Virus record (IMG/VR): IMGVR_UViG_3300014204_000153
Location: 21,248-85,247 of that record
Strand: one strand, 5' to 3'
Source: a virus
Lineage: Duplodnaviria; Caudoviricetes
Length of the DNA stretch: 64,000 nt
Position 1 is the stretch's first letter. The number at the start of each line of letters is the position of its first letter. Shown here one piece after another: positions 57,080-64,000 of the stretch. Under the pieces are notes generated by a model. That model was not told the DNA's origin. It saw only the letters and a program-made list of their open reading frames with translations, and ran no database searches. The position numbers were made by a program, and so were the translations under genes.

Positions 57080-58828
57080 ATGCATAACAACTATCCCGGC
57101 GCAAGTTTTACAGAAACAGATCTTTCAGTGGTTGTAGATCAGACGGTTGGTTCTTTAGCTGGATTTGTGATAAGAGCACAGAAGGGTCCTATAAATGAGC
57201 CTGTTCTTGTCACTAATGAAAAAGATTTAAAAGACACATTTGGAGAACCTTTTAATGGAACTCTCGGAGCAGTCTGTACATTCAATAATGTAGCAGACTG
57301 GTTTTCTGTAGCTAACTTCCTTGGTTACTCAGCTGGAGCTTACGTTGTTAGAGCTGAAGTAGATCTTGGTGATCAAGCTTACAACGCTGCTCTTGAAACA
57401 GATGGTACCACTGTTGATGCTTCTACAAATAACAGTATTAGTGTTCATAATGGATCTGACTTTGATGCTGATGACTTCTCAGCAGGTCATACATTCAGTA
57501 CTGATAAACTTGGTTTCTTTGCCAAAACTCCTGGATTCTGGGGCAATGATATATCTGTAGCGATGTATATTACTGATGCTACTGATACTGCTGCTAATGC
57601 TGGTGGAGCATCATCTGGTTGGTATACTTGGCAGCAGAACAACACAGACTTCAAAGAATTCGATAAGTATCCTCTGTGGAATGGAACCGCTGGTAAGGGT
57701 GAAGTTGCCATTGTTGTATATGTTAATGACGTGGTAACTGAGAAATTTATCGTCTCCCTTGACCCGGAAGGAAAGAACGAATATAATCAAAACTATTATA
57801 TTGGTGATTACCTTGAAGCATATTCTGATTATGTATCAGCCTACCTAAACAATCCAAATGGTTGGGTAGCTGCTATGACCACTGGGTTTATAAAAACAGA
57901 TTTAGCAAATGGTTCTCTCGAAACTGGAGCTAACTGGGATGACAGCGATGTTACAGCTGCTCTTGATTACTTCAGTAATCCTGACACTGTTGCTATATCT
58001 TATCTTGTGGACGGTGGATTCAACTCAGCTACTGTAGCCAATTACATAGCTTCTATAGTTGGTGCAAGAAAAGATTGTTTCGGTATTCTTGGTGCAAGAG
58101 TCGCAGACGTGCAAGGTCAGACCGCCGCAACTGCAACGACTAATCTTGTATCATATAGAAAGAGTCTTAGTATTACAGGTACAAATTCTACATATTGTGG
58201 ATTCTTCGGTAATATTAAGAAAATGTACAATAAATACCAAGACAAATATTTCTGGATGTCAGTATCTGGAGATGTAGCTGGACTAATGGCTAGAACTGAC
58301 TCTACATTATTCCCATGGTATGCTACAGCTGGTGGTACAAGAGGCGTTCTCCAGAATGTAACTTCTCTTGGATTTAATCCATCTGATACTAATGTTGGAA
58401 TTCTTTATTCTAGCAATATTAATACTATAAAATTCGATTCTTCATCTGGTAATATTGTAAATGGTAATAAAACTTTATATCCTACTACTTCAGCATTCAG
58501 AGATATAAATGTTAGAAAGCTATTTACTTACTGTGAAAACAACATCACTCGAGCTATGAAGTTCTTTCTATTCGAGTTCAATGATGTTCTTACCAGATCC
58601 AATGTCTCTGCTATAGTTAATAATTTTATGGCTACTGTAAAGGCTAATCGTGGATGTGTAGATTTTAAGGTAATCTGCGATGAAACTAATAACACAGCTG
58701 ATATCATCGATAATAATGAGATGATTATAGATGTGATGATTAAGCCTAGCAGAGCTATTGAGAACATTAGTATCCGGTTCGTGGCAACGAGAACGGATGC
58801 CACGTTTGACGAACTTGTAGCGAGATAA
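57080..58828 (+). CDS. gp18: Tail sheath protein, copy 2
   Basis: YPG..F.E.DLS, KGPINEP, PG.WGN, ARKDC, PWYA.AG..RG, INVRKLF, FEFND..TR, F.ATRT..TFDEL. Confidence 0.95.
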   Translation: MHNNYPGASFTETDLSVVVDQTVGSLAGFVIRAQKGPINEPVLVTNEKDLKDTFGEPFNGTLGAVCTFNNVADWFSVANFLGYSAGAYVVRAEVDLGDQAYNAALETDGTTVDASTNNSISVHNGSDFDADDFSAGHTFSTDKLGFFAKTPGFWGNDISVAMYITDATDTAANAGGASSGWYTWQQNNTDFKEFDKYPLWNGTAGKGEVAIVVYVNDVVTEKFIVSLDPEGKNEYNQNYYIGDYLEAYSDYVSAYLNNPNGWVAAMTTGFIKTDLANGSLETGANWDDSDVTAALDYFSNPDTVAISYLVDGGFNSATVANYIASIVGARKDCFGILGARVADVQGQTAATATTNLVSYRKSLSITGTNSTYCGFFGNIKKMYNKYQDKYFWMSVSGDVAGLMARTDSTLFPWYATAGGTRGVLQNVTSLGFNPSDTNVGILYSSNINTIKFDSSSGNIVNGNKTLYPTTSAFRDINVRKLFTYCENNITRAMKFFLFEFNDVLTRSNVSAIVNNFMATVKANRGCVDFKVICDETNNTADIIDNNEMIIDVMIKPSRAIENISIRFVATRTDATFDELVAR

Positions 58829-58836
58829 GCAAGGTA

Positions 58837-59724
58837 ATGGAAAAAAGAATAACATCTCCAAATGACCCGATATTTTATGTTTATGCTTACATGGATCCAA
58901 GGGTACCGGGTCAATTTGAATACAATAGTTTTACTCTTTCTTATCAGCCAAGATACATTGGCAAAGGAATGGGAAGAAGAATTTATGCTCATATGCTTTG
59001 TCTAAAATCATGTGAGATTTCTCATAAAGCTAATTGGCTGAGAGAACTTAATAGTCTTGGTCTTTCTCCAGTAGTAGTCAAACTTGTAGAGAACATTACA
59101 GACAGAGAAGCACAAGATTTAGAAAAAATGTTAATTGCTAAAATAGGTAGATCTGATTTAAATTCTGGTCCACTTTGTAATCATACAGATGGTGGAGATG
59201 GTATGTCTGGGCACTCCCACTCGATGGAGTCTAGAAAAAAGTGGGTAGATACTAGAAGGGCTAAGTATGGAAAATCTTATCATACACCAGAAAAAGCAGC
59301 AGAACAAAAAGAAAGAATGAAGGGTTCTGGTAATCCAATGTATGGTAAGACTCATTCACCTGAGCATATAGAAGCTCTTAAAGCTCAAGTAGGTCCGCTG
59401 AATCCAAATTACGGCCACAAGTGGACAGATGAGCAAAAGAAAGCTATGAGTGAAAAGTTATCTGGAGAAAATAATCCAAACTATGGAAAACCAAAGACAG
59501 AAGAGCAGAAGAAAAAACAAAGTGAGTCTGTAACTGGTTCTGGTAATCCAATGTTTGGTAAAAAGCATTCTCCAGAAACAATAAAAAAATTAAAAAAGAT
59601 TCAGAGTGGCTCTAGTAATGGAATGTTTGGTAGAAAACATTCTCCAGAAACAAAGGAAAAAATGAGAGCAAAAGCTATGGCAAGAAAGAAGAAGAATCTA
59701 GTATGTAACGAAGCAATTATTTAA
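58837..59724 (+). mobile_element. GIY-YIG (LEM-3-like) free-standing endonuclease with NUMOD3-type repeats
   Basis: FYVYAYMDPR…YIGKG.GRR…E…IAKIGR; repeated G..NPM.GK.HS.E. Confidence 0.85.
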
Positions 59725-59728
59725 CATA

Positions 59729-59736
59729 TATAAATA
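59729..59736 (+). promoter_or_regulatory. Late promoter TATAAATA
   Basis: Exact motif upstream of the tube gene. Confidence 0.75.
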
Positions 59737-59764
59737 AATTAAAAAGAAACCAGAAGGAGATATA

Positions 59765-60295
59765 ATGGGAACCATAAACGATTTCAGAGCACAAATAAGC
59801 AACATGGCAGCACCAAACCGTTTTGAAGTTGAGATGAACTTTCCAGCTGCTGTAAGTGCTGGAAATCTACCAGAAATTTGTAAGTTTATGTGCAAAGCTA
59901 CTTCAATTCCAGCTGAAAGAGTTGGCCAAATTGAAGTTCCGTATCAGGGTATGACTTTGAAATTTGCTGGTGATAGAGAGTATGATGATTGGAGAGTTAC
60001 TATATACAATACAGAAGCGTGGAACATCAGAGCAGCGATGGAAAACTGGCTACGGTTTATTCACGATCCTGTAACGTCTCTCAAGCTCAGTCATACTGCT
60101 TATCAAGTAAATCTTAAAGTTAGACAGCTTGGTATAAACACTCTCGATCCTGGTAGTCCGATAGCTGTGTATGAATTCAATAATGCATGGCTAAAAGATC
60201 TCGGTGAAATTGCTCTTGACTTTGAATCGTCTAATCAAGTTGAGACATTTGATGCTACTTTCTCATATCTTTATGTTACTCGCGTAAATAACTAA
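59765..60295 (+). CDS. gp19: Tail tube protein
   Basis: RPN-like AAPNRFEV, KATSIP…G.IEVPY.G..LKFAGDREYDDW.VT, F.ATF.Y. Confidence 0.95.
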   Translation: MGTINDFRAQISNMAAPNRFEVEMNFPAAVSAGNLPEICKFMCKATSIPAERVGQIEVPYQGMTLKFAGDREYDDWRVTIYNTEAWNIRAAMENWLRFIHDPVTSLKLSHTAYQVNLKVRQLGINTLDPGSPIAVYEFNNAWLKDLGEIALDFESSNQVETFDATFSYLYVTRVNN

Positions 60296-60311
60296 TGATA
60301 AATTAGTTATC

Positions 60312-60348
60312 AAAAAGGTGGTTGCTTAAGAACAGCGACCGCCTTTCT
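60312..60348 (+). terminator. Probable terminator after gp19
   Basis: AAAGGTGGTTGCT…AGCGACCGCCTTT. Confidence 0.6.
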
Positions 60349-60350
60349 TA

Positions 60351-60358
60351 TATAAATA
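60351..60358 (+). promoter_or_regulatory. Late promoter TATAAATA
   Basis: Exact motif upstream of the 60458-63057 operon. Confidence 0.7.
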
Positions 60359-60457
60359 ATATTGTTCTTTACCTAGAATATGGAATTCACAGAGGCTTCG
60401 ATGACTGGGCCAGCATAGCAAACCAGTCATCAATTAAAATAATGGAGATACGAAAAG

Positions 60458-60949
60458 ATGAAAAACTTTTTCTATGTAACAGCTGGACAAGATATTCATA
60501 TACCAAATACTGTAAGTTCAGGATTAAATACATGGGGTGTGACTGAGCTTAAGGGTGAATTTATATATTATGTTGATGATAGTAAAGTTAGAAATCTACC
60601 AAATGGATCTGGTTCTTTAGCTATAATTAATGTATTTGGAAATGATACATTTAATACTTTATGTAATCCAATAACTATTACTGGAATATTATCTGATGTA
60701 GCTTCTGGAACTACAGATGATACATGGTATTTGGTATCTGCTTCTGGATCTAATATAGATGATGAATACAAAAATACTCTTCTTTGGTATGGTACTACAG
60801 CTAGTATAGCTGGTGGAACAGCTGCTCCGCTTATTGGACAAAAATTTCTTAGACCATTTACTGGTTTAACTATAGCAATGGGTGGAACTACTAATTACGA
60901 ATGGAACTGTGTTGAGAGAACTGATAACCGATGGAAGAGGATATTCTAA
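60458..60949 (+). CDS. Hypothetical late protein
   Basis: 163-aa ORF with GGAG RBS. Confidence 0.7.
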   Translation: MKNFFYVTAGQDIHIPNTVSSGLNTWGVTELKGEFIYYVDDSKVRNLPNGSGSLAIINVFGNDTFNTLCNPITITGILSDVASGTTDDTWYLVSASGSNIDDEYKNTLLWYGTTASIAGGTAAPLIGQKFLRPFTGLTIAMGGTTNYEWNCVERTDNRWKRIF

Positions 60950-61272
60950 TGGGAATATTTGAAGCTATTATCGGACTTACTGCAATTTCTTTCTGTGTTG
61001 AAAGAGCTGTTGAATATATTTTCTCACTTACACCTCTAAAGAAAATAGACAAAGCTATGAAGTCTAAAATGTTTGCAAGCATTTTAGTAGCTGCAGCTGT
61101 GTCTTATTTTTCTAAAGTAGATGTAGTGAATATATTCCTTAACAGAACAAATGATCCTACTATATCTGGTGTTATTATGACAGCAGTTATATTAGCTGGT
61201 GGATCCAATATTCTTTCTGACCTTATTAAAAGAATTCAAGTAATAAAAGAAGTTACTGAGATAAAAAACTAA
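60948..61272 (+). CDS. Holin-like membrane protein
   Basis: Several TM segments, G..LAGGSN..SDL motif, basic C-terminus. Confidence 0.55.
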
Positions 61273-61282
61273 AATAATAAAG

Positions 61283-61789
61283 TTGGAGAGTTATTATATG
61301 ATGGAACACATTTCTGAATTAGATATTCTTCATTGTGATGTAGGACATGAAGATATGATTAAAGATCTTAAAAGAAAACATGAATTTATCATCTCTCTTC
61401 TAAACGCTATTACAGATGAGATGTGCGTTATTAATAGAGATATGAAAATAGTATGGTCTAAAGATAAAAATTTCATAGGAAAAATGGCTGAAGATATATG
61501 TGATAGTCAAAAAAGATTGAAGCATATATCGAGTGTATTTGATACTAGAGTTGCTCAAAAATTTGAAACAGAAAAAGATGGTAGATATTATTCTCATATT
61601 GTATCTTTATGTAATGCAAATGGAGAAGTTTCAACTGTTCTTGAAATGAGAAGAGATATCACAGAATCGAAGAAAATTGAAGAAATGAAACAATTAGAAG
61701 AATTAGTAAATAGAGTAATAATTAGTCAAGAAAAATTAGCTGAGCAATTAAATAATAAAAAAGAAGATAAACCAATTGTAATAAGATAA
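61283..61789 (+). CDS. Stand-alone PAS/PAC-domain protein
   Basis: LLNAITDEMCVINRDMKIVW…NGEV..VLEMRRDITESKKIEE matches the PAS start and the RDITE PAC end. Confidence 0.7.
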   Translation: MESYYMMEHISELDILHCDVGHEDMIKDLKRKHEFIISLLNAITDEMCVINRDMKIVWSKDKNFIGKMAEDICDSQKRLKHISSVFDTRVAQKFETEKDGRYYSHIVSLCNANGEVSTVLEMRRDITESKKIEEMKQLEELVNRVIISQEKLAEQLNNKKEDKPIVIR

Positions 61790-61822
61790 TTATGAAACAT
61801 CAAATAATGGAAGGGAGGAAGG

Positions 61823-62266
61823 GTGGAAGAAATATACATAGACCCAGCTAATGTAACAGGTGATACAAAGATAATACTTAGTATAGTAAAACCAACATTA
61901 AAAAATATAGAAACAGTTAACTCTGTCTTAAAAGATGCTCTTGAAGAAATAAAAGTAAAAAATAAAGATATAATAATAATAAAAAGAATATTAATTGGAG
62001 ATGAAGATAGCGTAATAGCAGATGGTAAACCAGGTGGACTTAAAAAAGACTTAATGGTTATTAGAGATCTTTTAAATTCTCCTGAAATGGATATGAGTAT
62101 TATAATAAGAAAATTAGAATCAGATGAAGAAGTTCACAAAGAAATTCTTAGAATTCTTAAAGAAAGAATTCCATGGACAGCAAAAATGACTGGGCTTAAA
62201 GATATAGTAATGTCTGTTGGTATTTTTATTACTGCTGTGATTTCAATAATTAGTTTAGTAAAATGA
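61823..62266 (+). CDS. Coiled-coil protein with a C-terminal TM
   Basis: C-terminal IVMSVGIFITAVISIISLVK. Confidence 0.65.
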   Translation: MEEIYIDPANVTGDTKIILSIVKPTLKNIETVNSVLKDALEEIKVKNKDIIIIKRILIGDEDSVIADGKPGGLKKDLMVIRDLLNSPEMDMSIIIRKLESDEEVHKEILRILKERIPWTAKMTGLKDIVMSVGIFITAVISIISLVK

Positions 62267-62274
62267 GGAAATAA

Positions 62275-63057
62275 ATGTCATATTGGATATTGAAACAAAT
62301 AGGTACTATAAAAGGTTTTGTTATATTAGTAATTTTTATTCTTTTATGTATTATTGGATTTCAAAGTTTTATGTATAGTAGAGCAAAGTCACAACTTTCA
62401 GAAGCTAGATATGAAACAGCTTCTCTTAAAGCTGAAGCTGATTCTTTGAGAAATCTTGGAGATGGAGTCTTTGCTAAATTAGTTGCTACTGCTGAAGAAA
62501 GGGATTTGGCTTTTGAAGAAAAAAGAGTTCTTGGAATGAAGTTAAGCGGTAAAGTAATAGAAGCTACAGAACTAAGATTAAAACTTGGTAAAATATCCAG
62601 TTCTTCATCCAGTTCTAAACCAGATACTGTTTATATTTCAGAAAAACAATCTAGTTCAAATACATACATCTATTCATATTCAAATAAATCAATGGGAATA
62701 ACAGTAAACGGAATTTCCAAAGTTATTTCTTCTGTTCAACCCGATAGTGTAAAAAATAATGTATCTGTAAAAGCAGATCAAGCTGTGATAAGATTATTTA
62801 CTTCTAGACTTAGTGAAACTGAATATGAAATAAGAGCTAAATCAGAATCAGAGTGGTTAGAAATAGGTGATGTTAAAACTGTAGTTGTAAGAGATAAAAT
62901 AAAGAAAAATTCTATAAACTTTGGTGCTGGTTTTGGTGCTGCTGAAACTCCAGAAATATTAACTGGAGCTAGTTATGGAAGACATTCACTGTTTGCAAAA
63001 TATAATACTTCTACTGGGAAATTTGGAGCACAATATATTTTTATGGTTAAGATCTAA
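62275..63057 (+). CDS. Rz/spanin-like protein (N-terminal TM, coiled coil, beta-rich C-terminus)
   Basis: Domain layout and position in the putative lysis cluster. Confidence 0.45.
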   Translation: MSYWILKQIGTIKGFVILVIFILLCIIGFQSFMYSRAKSQLSEARYETASLKAEADSLRNLGDGVFAKLVATAEERDLAFEEKRVLGMKLSGKVIEATELRLKLGKISSSSSSSKPDTVYISEKQSSSNTYIYSYSNKSMGITVNGISKVISSVQPDSVKNNVSVKADQAVIRLFTSRLSETEYEIRAKSESEWLEIGDVKTVVVRDKIKKNSINFGAGFGAAETPEILTGASYGRHSLFAKYNTSTGKFGAQYIFMVKI

Positions 63058-63061
63058 ATAA

Positions 63062-63250
63062 CTATCCTAGATCATCACCACAATTCTTACATGTCATATC
63101 TGGTTCGAATCCGTTTGGATTGAACCATGTAAGACCGGCTTTATGATTACCAACTCTGCACCAAAATGCTGTCCAAAGACTAGTATCTTCAGCTGGTTTA
63201 GCAAGAAGATATTTCCACCAATCTAAAGAAAGCCAATTAATATTAAACAT
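63062..63250 (-). CDS. Small Trp-rich hypothetical protein
   Basis: 62 aa with a CxxC motif. Confidence 0.55.
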   Translation of the reverse strand: MFNINWLSLDWWKYLLAKPAEDTSLWTAFWCRVGNHKAGLTWFNPNGFEPDMTCKNCGDDLG

Positions 63251-63584
63251 TTTTCTTCCTTTTAATTCTTTTTCCTTTTTTTGTTTTTTCCAATGTGTAT
63301 TCTATATAATGTTCATCATCGGAATTTGGATGATTTCCAGTTAATGTTCCAACAAATGGTCCAGTAACTGCAAATTTCTGTCCTTTATTAATAATATGTT
63401 CGCCTAACATTCCACAACAAATTTCTTTCTTAATAAATTCAAACACAGTAGCTCCAGCTGGAGCTTTAGAAATATGACTGTTACACCAAACTTTAAACTC
63501 ATTTCTATCATACTTATAATCTGCTATATGAAATGGTAAAGTCTGATTACACATTTCACATTTATGTTCATAACAATCACACAT
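63243..63584 (-). CDS. Cys-rich hypothetical protein
   Basis: GGAGGAG RBS. Confidence 0.65.
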   Translation of the reverse strand: MCDCYEHKCEMCNQTLPFHIADYKYDRNEFKVWCNSHISKAPAGATVFEFIKKEICCGMLGEHIINKGQKFAVTGPFVGTLTGNHPNSDDEHYIEYTLEKTKKGKRIKRKKNV

Positions 63585-63596
63585 TATATTCTCCTC

Positions 63597-63902
63597 CTAA
63601 TTTATTTTCATCCAATTAATCAATGTTATATAAATCCAATGATCATCTTTTGAATAACTAAGAATTTCATATTCACTAAATTGTTTAAATTCAATATCAG
63701 TTAAAATAACATCTTTTCTGTTTTTTCTTGCTATAGAAACAACTGGAGTTTTATTATCTGGATAAGTTTTATTACCAATTCCATATACATAACAATCATC
63801 TGGCCAAAATAGAAGACCTATGACTGCTATTTTATCTGTACTATCTAATATAAATGATTTTTCTAATTTAGCATCACCTTGTTTAATAACATTGAATTCC
63901 AT
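63597..63902 (-). CDS. Hypothetical protein
   Basis: AAGGA RBS, 101 aa. Confidence 0.65.
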   Translation of the reverse strand: MEFNVIKQGDAKLEKSFILDSTDKIAVIGLLFWPDDCYVYGIGNKTYPDNKTPVVSIARKNRKDVILTDIEFKQFSEYEILSYSKDDHWIYITLINWMKIN

Positions 63903-64000
63903 TATCTTTTCCTTTTAAAATTAGTTATTCATCTTCTGCTTCTTATTCCCATTCTTCATCTTCTGTGTAATCCATAATATTAATATCTTCATCTATTTTA

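Noticed and set aside
1361-59895. Many antisense or alternate-frame ORFs in the track (e.g. 1361-1669, 3566-4075, 29451-29888, 58528-58992)
   Set aside because: They fully overlap well-supported genes, lack RBSs and motifs, and are explained as shadow frames.
60375-60410. ATGGAATTC…GATGACT as a fluoride riboswitch
   Set aside because: The required pseudoknot complementarity is absent and GATGACTGG is taken up in a different stem.

Overview
AT-rich 64 kb segment of a large T4-like (gp55/TATAAATA-type) myophage; host cannot be determined from the sequence. About 1-16 kb is an early/accessory region on the + strand. It holds at least 8 copies of a long conserved sigma70-type promoter, an RNA-repair pair (cyclic-phosphate receiver domain + RtcB), tRNA-Ser(UGA), tRNA-Tyr(GUA), a nicotinamidase-vWA-PP2C-Ser/Thr kinase module, a GT2 glycosyltransferase, a Lar-like protein, gp46 and a HAD hydrolase. 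About 16-63 kb holds the virion genes: baseplate (gp54-, gp53-, gp26/51-, gp29-, gp48-, gp27-like), gp2, portal, gp4, gp21/22/23, neck gp13/14, gp15, terminase, TWO tail sheath paralogs, tail tube and a probable lysis cluster. Minus-strand early islands and free-standing endonucleases interrupt these modules. The main unusual signals are: (1) about 15 small/medium genes sharing an N-terminal MKF-x-x-hydrophobic-x-E leader, probably a capsid-targeting/protease-cleaved signal; four of them also share a ~50-aa module fused to swapped C-terminal effectors (ADP-ribosyltransferase-like or CSGH domain), resembling a polymorphic injected-effector array; (2) a candidate late small RNA displaying anti-Shine-Dalgarno CCUCC motifs in a hairpin loop; (3) the nicotinamidase/vWA/phosphatase/kinase module; (4) a gp2 gene split by a GIY-YIG + replacement gp2 cassette; (5) duplicated tail sheaths; (6) a stand-alone PAS protein among lysis-like genes; (7) two further structured non-coding elements. 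All protein assignments come from motif recognition and synteny by eye; no searches were run.
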